From positions 32,001-96,000 of the forward strand of contig JBFMAF010000003.1 of NCBI GenBank assembly GCA_040755995.1: a stretch of 64,000 nt of DNA, written 5' to 3'. The position numbers and the translations under genes are program-made. The notes below the pieces were generated by a model that saw only the letters and a program-made list of their open reading frames with translations, had not been told where the DNA came from and did no database searches. Below are positions 21,453 through 31,207 of the stretch, one piece after another; within the stretch, counting starts at the first letter, position 1, and each line of letters begins with the position of its first letter. The DNA is from Acidobacteriota bacterium. GTDB taxonomy: Bacteria > Acidobacteriota > CAIWXX01.

Positions 21453-21466
21453 TCGTCCCTAACCTG

Positions 21467-22027
21467 CTACGAGGATGCAACCGGCGCAGGCACCTCGGGA
21501 GGCGGTGCAGGCGCAACCTCGGGTTGCGCGACCGGCACCTCTTTGCCCCGTCTCTGCAACACTTCGACTGTGGTCTTGAGCCTCTTCAGCGCGTCGAATG
21601 TAGCCCTCATCACGTTGTGAGGGTTGGTGGTGCGGATGGATTTTGTCAAAACGTCCCGCACCCCCGCTGCCTGCAAGATTGAACGTACCGGCCCGCCCGC
21701 GATCACTCCGGTGCCCGGAGCCGCCGGCTTGAGGAGAACGCGGCCGGAACCATACTGGCCGATGACGGCATGCGGGATTGTCGAGCCCACCAGTGAGACG
21801 TGGATCAGGTGGTTTCGGGCCCGTTCGATCGCCTTCTTGATCGCCAGGGGCACCTCGCGCGCCTTGCCCTTGGAGAAGCCGACGTGCCCCGCGCTGTCTC
21901 CGACCACCACCAGAGCCGAAAAGCTCAGGTTCTTTCCCCCCTTGACCACCTTGGTGACGCGGTTGATCGAAACCACGTAGTCCTTCAACTCAAGCTGGCT
22001 AGGGTCGATCTTCAGTGTCTTGTGCAA
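21467..22027 (-). CDS. rpsE: 30S ribosomal protein S5
   Basis: [39 protein letters not shown] start; Pro/Ala-rich tail. Confidence 0.97.
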   Translation of the reverse strand: MHKTLKIDPSQLELKDYVVSINRVTKVVKGGKNLSFSALVVVGDSAGHVGFSKGKAREVPLAIKKAIERARNHLIHVSLVGSTIPHAVIGQYGSGRVLLKPAAPGTGVIAGGPVRSILQAAGVRDVLTKSIRTTNPHNVMRATFDALKRLKTTVEVLQRRGKEVPVAQPEVAPAPPPEVPAPVASS

Positions 22028-22055
22028 ACGATTTCCTCCTACCGGGTATCCCGCG

Positions 22056-22571
22056 TCAGAAACTCAGACCCGCCTCTCTGGCGCCGTCCGCAAAGGCCCT
22101 CACCCTGCCATGGTACAGGAAACCGCCGCGGTCGAAGACCGCCCGTGTGATACCCTTGGCCTTCATCTGTTCTGCCATGTACTTGCCCAGCTGCCGTGCG
22201 ACCAACACCGCTCGCCCGTTGTGGACCTTGGGCACGCTGTCGTCGACCTTTTCCACCGGCTTCTCGGGCTTGCCCTTTTTCTTCTTGGTTTCAGCGCCGG
22301 CATCCGGCGCCTTCTTCTTCTCCTCGACCTTGGCTTCCACCTTCTCCGGCATCGGAACCGGCTCGATCTTCAGCTGGTCGGCGAATTCCTTCTGTAGAGT
22401 CGACGCTGCGGCCAGCGTCTGCCCATGCAGATCATCGATCGCCTGCGCGTAGAAGTGCTTGCTGCTCCGATACACCGCCAGCCTCGGCCGCTCCGGCGTC
22501 CCCAGAACCTTCTTCCGGATCCGCAGGTGTACGCGGCCTCGCCGGTAACGCCTCAGGATGCTCCTATCCAT
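22056..22571 (-). CDS. rplR: 50S ribosomal protein L18 with a large internal insertion
   Basis: [46 protein letters not shown]; 171 aa. Confidence 0.95.
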   Translation of the reverse strand: MDRSILRRYRRGRVHLRIRKKVLGTPERPRLAVYRSSKHFYAQAIDDLHGQTLAAASTLQKEFADQLKIEPVPMPEKVEAKVEEKKKAPDAGAETKKKKGKPEKPVEKVDDSVPKVHNGRAVLVARQLGKYMAEQMKAKGITRAVFDRGGFLYHGRVRAFADGAREAGLSF

Positions 22572-22635
22572 TCTCTACCTCGACATGACTGACACAAACT
22601 TCAACATACTGCCGCCTTTCAAAAAGGCGAGAAGC

Positions 22636-22663
22636 ATTATACGCAAAACCGGCGCAAGTTCAA
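22636..22663 (-). promoter_or_regulatory. Putative sigma70 promoter for rplR
   Basis: Minus strand TTGAAC-16 bp-TATAAT, with an A-rich upstream tract (AAAAAGCCCGAAAAAG), 65 bp before the rplR ATG. Confidence 0.65.
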
Positions 22664-22864
22664 GAGCTTTTTCGGGCTTTTTCGAAGTTGGGTGACATGA
22701 CAGACGTCGACCGCCCCACCACTGTTCGGCCAAGGCGGCCCGCAGACCGTTGCGCCGAGGCGGAGTTGATTGAAGTAGTGCCATGTCCGCGCGGAGCGGG
22801 GAAGATGGTGTCGACGATGGGACGACGGCCGCCCCGGCGGATGCTCCTCCCATCGCGCAGGGAG

Positions 22865-22899
22865 CGCGGGACTCGGCAACGGCTGGCCGAAGTCCCGCG
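22865..22899. repeat. GC-rich hairpin downstream of the TolB-like gene
   Basis: CGCGGGACT-CGGC ... GCCG-A-AGTCCCGCG inverted repeat; no U-tract. Confidence 0.5.
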
Positions 22900-22927
22900 A
22901 CCCACTGCTACGCGATCTGGAGTAGAG

Positions 22928-24448
22928 CTACTTGCACTTGAGCAGGGGTCTGGTGATCGTCGATGTGGCGCCGTTGCCCGCTTCGTCGGTCGCCGTGAGT
23001 GTCACCTCGACCGACCACTCATGTCCGTTCGGGTAGACGTAGATGTCGTTGCGGATGATGTCGTAGACGCCGTTGCCGTGCACCGGGTTGCCGCCGTTGT
23101 TGAACACCTGCACGTTGTCGATAGACACAGTGCTGGACTGGGTGCAGTTGTCGCTCGCCCCCGCGGTAAGCTTGTTCGCGGTCTTTTTGCCTTTGCCCAC
23201 GGTGACGCAGATCGGATCGGTAAGCGTCGGTGCCGGGACCGTGTTGTCGACCACCCTCACGGTGGCATGGCAGCTGTCGGACTCGCCGTGCTCCTCGGTC
23301 ACGGTCAGTGTCACAGGGTGCTCGCCGAGCGGGAACGGCCCTGTGTCGTCGAGTGACAGCGTGATGTCGTCGCCGTCGGGATCGTAGGAGCCGCCGTCGA
23401 TGTCGCCCGCGGCGATCGTCGCTTCGCAGTTCTCGTCTGCTGAGACCTGCGCGTCCTTGCAGACGGCCACCGGTGGGTTGTTGGGCGGGATCGATAGGGA
23501 CTGCCAGTCAGGCATGGTATCTTCCGCGGAGTTCTTCGTCAGGTTTTCCTGGTCGCTTCCGTCGTGCGCATCCATCTCGTAAATCTCCCCGTTGCCATCC
23601 CGATTGCTGTAAAAGGCGATCTTCGATCCATCCGGGGACCAGGTGGGGAAGCAGTCAATCGCCAGGTTGGCGGTGAGGCGGATGACGTTGCTCCCGTCGG
23701 CCTTGGCTCTGTAGATATCGGGCTTGAACAGCCCTGCATCCCGGTCGCTGGGGAATGCGATCAGGGCGCCGTCGGGCGAATAGGCCGGATCGTCATCGTG
23801 TCCCGGCCCCGTGATGAGGGGAGCCTGCCCGGTGCCGTCACTGGAGTTCATGACATAGATGTCGATCCTTCCTGCAGCCGCGCCCACATCCCTTGGAAAC
23901 GCGATCAGGAGCCCATCGGGAGACCATTCGGGACAGCCTTCTCCGGCTGTGCTGTTGGTCAGATTCCTCGGATGGCTGCCGTCGGAGTCCATCACATAGA
24001 CTTCGCCGTTGCCATCTCGGTACGACAGGAAGGCGATCATGCTACCGTCGGGCGACCAACAGGGGCAGAGGTCCTCCGACACGTGGTTGGTCAAACGGGA
24101 ATGGTCGCTGCCATCGGCGTCCATCAGGTAGATCTCGGCGTTGCCGTCCCGAGTGGAGACGAACGCGATCTTGGAGCAGTCAGGCGACCACGCGGGATAG
24201 CGATCGTAGGCGGAGTTGTAGGTAAGCCGCATCACGCCGCTGCCGTCGGCTTCCATCGCGTAGATCTCGTAGTTGCCGTCGCGATTGGAGGCAAAAGCGA
24301 TCTTACCGCTGCATTCCTGACAAGCAGCTCGGTCGGCGGTGGCGGACATGGCCAACAAGAGCAACACGGCTAGCGCGGAGCGAACCACTGTGGACACGGA
24401 GCCAGCGCGGCGGGCAGGCGGGCTCGACGATTCACCCTTGGCGTTCAT
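22928..24448 (-). CDS. Secreted TolB-like (PD40) beta-propeller protein with C-terminal Ig-like domains
   Basis: Signal peptide; about 6 repeats of P.WSPDG..IAF.S.RDGN.EIY.M..DG; NNPPVAVC...SYDPDGD Ig-like module. Confidence 0.88.
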   Translation of the reverse strand: MNAKGESSSPPARRAGSVSTVVRSALAVLLLLAMSATADRAACQECSGKIAFASNRDGNYEIYAMEADGSGVMRLTYNSAYDRYPAWSPDCSKIAFVSTRDGNAEIYLMDADGSDHSRLTNHVSEDLCPCWSPDGSMIAFLSYRDGNGEVYVMDSDGSHPRNLTNSTAGEGCPEWSPDGLLIAFPRDVGAAAGRIDIYVMNSSDGTGQAPLITGPGHDDDPAYSPDGALIAFPSDRDAGLFKPDIYRAKADGSNVIRLTANLAIDCFPTWSPDGSKIAFYSNRDGNGEIYEMDAHDGSDQENLTKNSAEDTMPDWQSLSIPPNNPPVAVCKDAQVSADENCEATIAAGDIDGGSYDPDGDDITLSLDDTGPFPLGEHPVTLTVTEEHGESDSCHATVRVVDNTVPAPTLTDPICVTVGKGKKTANKLTAGASDNCTQSSTVSIDNVQVFNNGGNPVHGNGVYDIIRNDIYVYPNGHEWSVEVTLTATDEAGNGATSTITRPLLKCK

Positions 24449-24905
24449 CGTACTCCTCCTTCTCTACACGCAGCAGTGTGTGGGTTATGTTTGGGCTTGA
24501 TCCCGCACTGACTGCACATCGCAGCCAGGGAGTCAGCCCCGGTGTGTGCATCACACGGAAGTTGACGATACTGGGTCACCCGGAGGGCATCCCGGACGCA
24601 TTCCTGGGCGCACAACGCACATCGGCGACCACTGGCGAACCGGCAAGCTAGACACGAATGCATCCTGAGCTTCCCCCCTCACTCGTATAAGTGTCATGAC
24701 CGGACCGCCGTCTTGGGTTTTAGCGAAGAGGAGTGTGACTTGAAAGTAGCAGTCAAGCGCTGTGGAGAAGACGCTGACGGACCGCGCCACACCAGGCACG
24801 GGAGTGCGTGGCCTCAGTAGCTACGTGCGGCGCTAGCGCTGCGAAGACCCGGTCGTTCGGCGGCGGCGACGGATGGTCGCCGTTATTGGACTTCGCGGAG
24901 AAGCA

Positions 24906-25169
24906 TCAATAGCCAACTCGCCGAGGGTCCCAGCCGAAGGCGCGCACCATCAGTTCGGGCTCGACCGATCGCGACGCGAGGCGGAGTGCCAGCTCACGCG
25001 AGTCGGCGTCCGGGTGCCGGCGGCGGATGTCCATAAGAGCGAGCTCCTGGACAGCGCGTGTAAGGGCCCGGACGCGATCGAGCTTCTGCGCAGGCGACAT
25101 CCGGCGGAGGCCCGCCACGAGCATGGCCTCGATCTGGGGGTGGGTATCGTTCGGTGTTCCAGCGGTCAC
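24906..25169 (-). CDS. Small protein of the DT.P...MSP.EK type (usually beside a nucleotidyltransferase)
   Basis: NDTHPQIEAMLVAGLRRMSPAQKL...IRRRHPDADSRELALRLASR; GTG start inferred. Confidence 0.6.
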   Translation of the reverse strand: MTAGTPNDTHPQIEAMLVAGLRRMSPAQKLDRVRALTRAVQELALMDIRRRHPDADSRELALRLASRSVEPELMVRAFGWDPRRVGY

Positions 25170-25336
25170 ACGTCTAGTCCACCAGCACAGCCCGCTCTCA
25201 AGTTCCTGCCACACGTACCCGTCGCACAATCCGATCAGGGCCCGGCAATGTCCGCCGGCTCTCCGGTGGGGCCGGCGGCGTGTGAGAGGCGGTACGGCGA
25301 GTAGAGAGGAGATGCCGGAGATACTGGGCAGAGGTT

Positions 25337-26992
25337 TCATTGTGATTGGAGCAGTGCCGAGACATCGCGGACGGTGTCGAGGTAGTGAGTTGTCAGTTCC
25401 CTGAGCCTGTCCACTGTCATCGGCGGCACCATTCCGTCCGGGACGATGGGTAGGAGCGCGTTCACGACCCTGTTGACGTCTTCGGCCTTGACTCCGCGGC
25501 GCAGCCGATCGAGAAGATCCGTCATCGTGTTCCCATTCATCGCTTCCATGAGCGCTTTCTGAAATTGGACGCTGATTCCGCGGAGGTGTTTCTGCTCATC
25601 GTCGGTGAGTCCTGCAAGATCGACAAACGGAATCCGGAGCAGCTCGTTGAGGAGAACCGAAGGATCCTTCGCGTACTCCAGGACCGAGAGGAGGTCCGGT
25701 GTTTCGAGGCCGTGAGCCAGGAGCGACTGGAGCTTGACGATCGCCTGACGTTCGGTCACCTCGGGTACGTCGAGGTAGTAGTAGTCCCTGCCTGAAAGAC
25801 CCAGCCGATGGAGAAGGATCTCCGCGCCTTGGGTGTCACCTGGGTCCACCCCTTCCAGTTGCACGGACGGGACTCTGAAAATCTTCTGTAGGTCATCTTG
25901 CAGAGTGCGGGCGAATGCCTCGAAGGTATCCTCCTGCGTAGCTCCAGCGGGCGCAACCTGCTCTCGAGGGACCAGGCCGATTCTAGCGTTCTGCGTGTAC
26001 TGGCGGTAACTGTAAGTAGTGCTCACGCCCTCAGACTGAAGCCGAGCCCAATTCAGAGGTTCGCTGAGGGCGTTCAGTCGTTGAGCCACACTCCCCCTCT
26101 CCGGGTTGCTGAAGGTCAACAGATACGCCTCGTGGTGCCGAGAGGCCAGGTAGCGCTCGATGACGGCGGAGGGCAGCGAGGCGAAGAGGTCCTGCAGCGC
26201 CGTCCTCAACCACGGCCTGTTGTCCAGCAGCTCCTTCAGCGAAATCGCGAAGCGGCGCGGACTCCGAGGATTGTAGGTTTGCCGCAGCACCAGCGGAAGG
26301 GAGGTAGGCCACTCGCCAGCTTCCAGTTTCTCCCGGATCGCTTGCAGCTCCTTCTCGAAGCCTGGTCCCAACTCGCGCCGACGCTTCTCGACGCGTGCCT
26401 TTGCATTTCGGAGCAGATAGTCAAGCGAAACGAATCCGTCAGTCCCGAGGGTTCCGCGCACGGCCAGGTCCTCGCGAAACTCGAGATACGCGTGGACGAC
26501 AGGCAGCGTTTGGTGATCGGCTGCGGCCTCCTGGCATGCCCTGGCCCGCAACGCCGGCGCGTCTCGCAGGAACGTGGCAATCGACACGAGCGCATAGCTG
26601 CGAGGCTCGGCAACGATTGGGGAGTATCTTGATACCTCCTCGATAGCCAGCCCTTTCAGCAGATCGTACCGCGGGTCGCCTGACAACGAGAGCCAGCGCC
26701 GCGCGCCTTTCAAGAGGAGCATGACCGGCGACCTGCGCTGAGGGTGAAGGCCGTTGCGTTCCAGGAAAGCCAGATACTGCATCGCGAGGCGGTGCGGTGT
26801 CGTCTCACGGCGCCAGTAGGATAGTCCCAAGAGCAGGTAGCCGAAGAGGATCAGCACGGGCTCCTGTTGGAACGGGAGGGCTATGTCAAGGATCCAGGTG
26901 AAGAGAAGCACGCAGCAGGCAACGGTGATAACGACGAACAATGTGGTGAGGATCCTCCGCCTCAGGTTCTCAGCCTTGATTGTCTTTGTCAT
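25337..26992 (-). CDS. Hypothetical protein, two N-terminal TM helices plus a large soluble region
   Basis: RBS GGAGG before ATG 26992; 551 aa; 26 nt downstream of the DUF6765 gene. Confidence 0.7.
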   Translation of the reverse strand: MTKTIKAENLRRRILTTLFVVITVACCVLLFTWILDIALPFQQEPVLILFGYLLLGLSYWRRETTPHRLAMQYLAFLERNGLHPQRRSPVMLLLKGARRWLSLSGDPRYDLLKGLAIEEVSRYSPIVAEPRSYALVSIATFLRDAPALRARACQEAAADHQTLPVVHAYLEFREDLAVRGTLGTDGFVSLDYLLRNAKARVEKRRRELGPGFEKELQAIREKLEAGEWPTSLPLVLRQTYNPRSPRRFAISLKELLDNRPWLRTALQDLFASLPSAVIERYLASRHHEAYLLTFSNPERGSVAQRLNALSEPLNWARLQSEGVSTTYSYRQYTQNARIGLVPREQVAPAGATQEDTFEAFARTLQDDLQKIFRVPSVQLEGVDPGDTQGAEILLHRLGLSGRDYYYLDVPEVTERQAIVKLQSLLAHGLETPDLLSVLEYAKDPSVLLNELLRIPFVDLAGLTDDEQKHLRGISVQFQKALMEAMNGNTMTDLLDRLRRGVKAEDVNRVVNALLPIVPDGMVPPMTVDRLRELTTHYLDTVRDVSALLQSQ

Positions 26993-27018
26993 GACCGAAC
27001 CTCCATTCTCATCTGCCG

Positions 27019-28188
27019 CTAAATCAGGACAATCCCGTTTGAGGGCAGGTACTCTCTGAGGACAAACTCTCTGTACCAGCTCGCGGCCTGGTAGAACCTG
27101 TAGATGGGATGCTGGACGGCGTCCCATGGCTTCGGAAGCGAGCAGAGCTGATCGCGGCTGTCTGACCACGCCTTCAGGTTGTACGGGGGTATCGTCTGCT
27201 CTTGGAAGGTACCCGACTGCTGCGCAGAAAAGGCCGTCTGCCACGCGCGTGAGCGCGTTTCGATGTCGCCTGTCGTGCCTAGAATCTGCGCAACTTGCGC
27301 CGCCTTGAACAGGTGGGAGACTTGCGAGTCTGCAATCCGAGGCGCCGCGTTCGCGAGTTGTACGAACCATACGTAGAGGGCCTCGCATGCCTCCAGGTAG
27401 TCGACAGGGTTGCTGCGTGCCTGTGTCTGGGCACGGGTCCTGTCGGAGTCGTGTGCCTCGTACTGGAAACTCCATTGGAGAAAAGGCACGTCGGGGAGAG
27501 TGGCCACGGCGCTATGGCCCAGGGCGCCCGAAATGTCCTCTGCGAAGAAGGACGCGATCGGGAGAAGCCGGCGCTTCGCCCAGTGCCTGACGCGGTCCCA
27601 GAAACCCTCGGGCGACCTGTTCTCTGTTCTCAGTCTGGGGTAGGCGGGGGCGCGGCGCCTGATGCTCCGTTCCAGTTCGCTCATCACGGCGGCTGGCGCC
27701 TGGCCGGAGGGAGGCCGGCCAAGCGTGATTGACCCGCCCTTCACACGGTTCAGGCTCGTACTGATCCCGGCGAATCCGTGATGGGCGAACGTATCAGCGT
27801 ACATGTGGGCAGCCACCCCCGCGAGCTGGAGAAAGCAGGGCCTCTCGATCTCCTTCAGGCAGGCGGCCAGGACTCCCTGGGCGTTCTTGCTGTTCTTCGT
27901 GCAAACCAGCATGTCACTCAGGTGCGGGCCTTCTCCGCCCGGCATGAAGTGGAAGGGAACCCAGACCTGGAGCTGATCATCCGGATCCGTGTTCGCGTCG
28001 AGATCGAGCAGACTGTGGGCCGTCGTCTCGACTTTGAACCGAGCGCAGTCGTTGCGTATCAGGACGCCTTCCGCCGTCGAGTCGTCCACATACTGCGATA
28101 CCCCGGCGATTGTCTCGGCGGCATCCTGCCTCAGCCCGGCCATCCGAGCCAGACAATAGACGCCATAGTAGTGCATGTCGATCTGCAT
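27019..28188 (-). CDS. DUF6765-family protein (Zn phospholipase C/P1-nuclease-like)
   Basis: MQIDMHYYGVYCLARMAG...SQYVDD, VWVPFHFMPG, GVAAHMYADTFAHHGFAG, LGH...PD motifs. Confidence 0.75.
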   Translation of the reverse strand: MQIDMHYYGVYCLARMAGLRQDAAETIAGVSQYVDDSTAEGVLIRNDCARFKVETTAHSLLDLDANTDPDDQLQVWVPFHFMPGGEGPHLSDMLVCTKNSKNAQGVLAACLKEIERPCFLQLAGVAAHMYADTFAHHGFAGISTSLNRVKGGSITLGRPPSGQAPAAVMSELERSIRRRAPAYPRLRTENRSPEGFWDRVRHWAKRRLLPIASFFAEDISGALGHSAVATLPDVPFLQWSFQYEAHDSDRTRAQTQARSNPVDYLEACEALYVWFVQLANAAPRIADSQVSHLFKAAQVAQILGTTGDIETRSRAWQTAFSAQQSGTFQEQTIPPYNLKAWSDSRDQLCSLPKPWDAVQHPIYRFYQAASWYREFVLREYLPSNGIVLI

Positions 28189-28359
28189 GATTCACCTCGC
28201 TAGCCAGGATGGGAGCATTACACCATCCCCTGCTACATCTATAAGTGTCTTAAGCAGGACAGAATCTTGGCCACCGCCGGGAGGAAGACCCTGGGCTTGA
28301 TGGCCTCCCGGTTGCGGCTGGTGCCGCGCAAGCGCCTGTCCCGCTTCGAGGCGGCCCCG

Positions 28360-30522
28360 TCAGAGTTGCCCCTCGAAGTAGTCGCGGAACACGGCATCCC
28401 AACTCAATGCGTCGTCCAGAGGCAGTGCGCCTTCAATGCGAGCCAGGCGGTCGACTAGCAGCGCATTCCTGACGGATTTGGCGCACTGCCTTGCGACGGC
28501 ATCTTCGATCCGTGCCCGCGCGGCCGAGTCGACGCGTCCGTGCAAACCACCGTGGGCGATGTAGTCCGCCAGCACGAGGTTATTCAATCCCGCCCCGCCG
28601 GTGCGTTGGAGAAGCTCAGCGCATCCGAAGGCATCCGAGAGCACGCACACTTTCCCGGAGAAGAACGGCTCCAGTGGAGCGAGCCCGAAGGGCTCATACA
28701 CCGACAGGCCCAGCTCGACGTCCGAGCCAATCCGCATCTCCTCGAACTTGGCGCCGAAGAGATCATCGGCGGGCGCGTCTGGTCCGAACCCGAGCGCCCG
28801 CCCGCTCCAGCCAAACTGGTTTATGAAGACGATCAATGCCTCAGGGCCCGAGGGTTGCCAGAAATGGAGGAGATTGAAGCGTTCAATCCGTCCGTAGTGT
28901 GGACAGTCTCTGTCCAGCAAATCTCCCCCGGGTGCCCGTGAACTATGTGCAAACGGCCACCCGAAAGCACTACGCCACCGTTGCGTGTCAGCCGGGGAAG
29001 GCACATCGGGGTACGGACTCGCCAGCCAAAGCATGACGACCCGGCGACCGGGGTGTGCCCTTACGTATTCGTGCAAGAGACCGGCTAGTCTCCAGGGGCC
29101 CTTGCTGGTTTCGGTACGCGACACAGACGTCCAGATCTCGATCTGTCCCTCCTCCAGTCCGCCTGCGAAGCTCTGAAACTTCTCGACATCGGGTTCGGAT
29201 GCCTTGGTGCGCCGGTCGGCTTCCTGCGAGAACCATTTCGCAAGTGCCACGCGCAGCTTCCGTGTCGCATCGTCCACGACCGACTTGATGCTTTGTGCGG
29301 CATCCTGGGGGCTCTTCTTGGAGATCCTGGGAAGGTGATTGCGGAGAGCCGGTAGGGTCGGGATGCCGTTGGGTGCCATTGTCAGTCGAGAACCCAGGTT
29401 CGGCAGCATCCACGCGGTTTCATCCCGCACCCACTTCCCGACGGCGAACACGCGGCCGAATCGGTCCGCCTCGCGATTGATAGAGTGGAAGGGGATTTCC
29501 TGGAACGGTCGCCCAGGCACGGCAGCGACGTTCGCGAAGGCGACGTCGAGCGAAACGCCGTCCCTCGATGCGTCCTGCATGAACGGGTAGAAACCGACAT
29601 CGTGACCGCGAAGGTCGTATCCTGCGGAGAGAAGCGCCGCGCGTTTGTCAAGGAGGGCGCCCTCAACGAGGAGTCGGGCGATCCGGCACTCATGCGCCAT
29701 GTAGACGCTCCGGCATCCGATGTCCGGGGCCGCCATGCGCATCGCCCACCACAAAGGCACTCCGAGCCAGTCGTGCACGATGAAGACATCGGGGACGCCC
29801 GCGCAACGCGGTGGCTCCGTGAGGCCCAGTGTGACGGTCCTCGTAGCCGCCCAAAGGAGAGGAGCCGCGTGGACATAGAACTCGGTCTCCACGAGGAAGG
29901 GATTGCATTTGTACGGGCGGACCACGTCTTCGGGGTAGTACGCTCTGCCTCGATGGAACTCGACCCCTCCTGAAAGAGGCTTTCCAGACGCGAAGACGCG
30001 CTCGTCGTCGCAGAGGACCGGGCCGGACTCCGGGTGGATGGCTGGAAAGCGCCGCTCGTACCAGCGGAGGTTGAAGTACCCGGAGCGGGCCAGATCGATC
30101 GTGAATCGCCGTATGCGGTCTTCGCGAAGGCCGTGGGGGGATGCCACGACAATGCCGATCCAGCGTTCCTCGCCCAGCTCCGTGACGAAATGGCGTTCGC
30201 CGTATGCGATCCGCCCACCCCACTCCGCGACGAGGGCGTCAAGTTTCGAAAACGTATCCGCGGGCTTACAAAGGAGTTCTGATTGCGCCGGTGGGCCGGT
30301 TCGCCATTGCTGGGAGTCGTACAGAAGGGATCCGCTGGTCCCCCATCTGCTCAAGCGTCCGGCGGGCTCCCTGAATTCGTACGCCCCTGCGAGGATCGTG
30401 GTGCCGGCATGCTTGTGGTAGCGGTCAAGGAGCAGCAGCCCCTCGTAGAGGACCGCGCCGATCCCCGCGATCTTTCCCGCCGCTTCGTGAGTGGAGTGAA
30501 CGGTCACCTTTCCGTGCGTCAA
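28360..30522 (-). CDS. Divergent glycogen-synthase-like GT-B glycosyltransferase
   Basis: THEAAGKIAGIGAV (cf. KxGG), IVHDWLG, SVSR, SVYEPFGLAPLEP; TTG start after AAGGAGG. Confidence 0.65.
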   Translation of the reverse strand: MTHGKVTVHSTHEAAGKIAGIGAVLYEGLLLLDRYHKHAGTTILAGAYEFREPAGRLSRWGTSGSLLYDSQQWRTGPPAQSELLCKPADTFSKLDALVAEWGGRIAYGERHFVTELGEERWIGIVVASPHGLREDRIRRFTIDLARSGYFNLRWYERRFPAIHPESGPVLCDDERVFASGKPLSGGVEFHRGRAYYPEDVVRPYKCNPFLVETEFYVHAAPLLWAATRTVTLGLTEPPRCAGVPDVFIVHDWLGVPLWWAMRMAAPDIGCRSVYMAHECRIARLLVEGALLDKRAALLSAGYDLRGHDVGFYPFMQDASRDGVSLDVAFANVAAVPGRPFQEIPFHSINREADRFGRVFAVGKWVRDETAWMLPNLGSRLTMAPNGIPTLPALRNHLPRISKKSPQDAAQSIKSVVDDATRKLRVALAKWFSQEADRRTKASEPDVEKFQSFAGGLEEGQIEIWTSVSRTETSKGPWRLAGLLHEYVRAHPGRRVVMLWLASPYPDVPSPADTQRWRSAFGWPFAHSSRAPGGDLLDRDCPHYGRIERFNLLHFWQPSGPEALIVFINQFGWSGRALGFGPDAPADDLFGAKFEEMRIGSDVELGLSVYEPFGLAPLEPFFSGKVCVLSDAFGCAELLQRTGGAGLNNLVLADYIAHGGLHGRVDSAARARIEDAVARQCAKSVRNALLVDRLARIEGALPLDDALSWDAVFRDYFEGQL

Positions 30523-30862
30523 GTCTGGCCTCCTTACATCGTCTTGGTCTCACAGACCGAGGGTAGATCGCGCCTCACCGTTCCGTCCCGGCGCCGACGA
30601 TCGCCCGCTGAGGAACCCGCGAGGCTCGAACCGAGGCAGCGACCACCCTCACACAGAGAAGTGTCACGACCCCATCGGCATCTTGGCCTCCGACCCCGGG
30701 TCTTCGGCAACGAGCCCTCCACCCGAGTTCCGGTTGCAGCTGCATTCGAGACCGTTTCCGTGAAGCGTGGATCGCCTCCTCCCCGACTGAGTAGCCACAG
30801 CGCTTTTCATCCTCCACGACCACCACGTGCCCGCTGATCGTGGTGTGTCGCGCCCGGCGTCA

Positions 30863-31207
30863 TCATCTGCTCGCCGGTGACGGCGCCAGAAGACCCGCCA
30901 AGGCGCCGATGGCAGCGGCACCTAATGCAGTCAGGGCATCAGGAATGTTCGGCGCACTGCCGGCGGAGGCAATGGCACTGAGGTAGATGGCCCCACCTAT
31001 CGCCGCGATGCAGACGATGCCAAGGGCGAGCACGACGATGCGGTAAGTCCAGCGATCTGAGACGAATGCAGGGGGCGGCCACTCGCGTGTGACTTGTTCG
31101 GCAAGGTCGCGAAGGACCGCTGGATTCGACTTGACCTGGTCGAGGAGGCCAGGCGTGTCGAGTAGACGGTCGACGAGAATCTTCGCGGAACGTGGCGGTT
31201 CGCTCAT
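30863..31207 (-). CDS. Small two-TM membrane protein
   Basis: RBS GGAGG; DRWTYRIVVLALG...PDALTALGAAAIGALAGLLAPSP. Confidence 0.7.
   Translation of the reverse strand: MSEPPRSAKILVDRLLDTPGLLDQVKSNPAVLRDLAEQVTREWPPPAFVSDRWTYRIVVLALGIVCIAAIGGAIYLSAIASAGSAPNIPDALTALGAAAIGALAGLLAPSPASR

Noticed and set aside
23500..24310. Periodic DNA repeats, considered as a CRISPR array
   Set aside because: They are degenerate coding repeats of PD40 propeller blades; no identical repeats with spacers and no cas genes.
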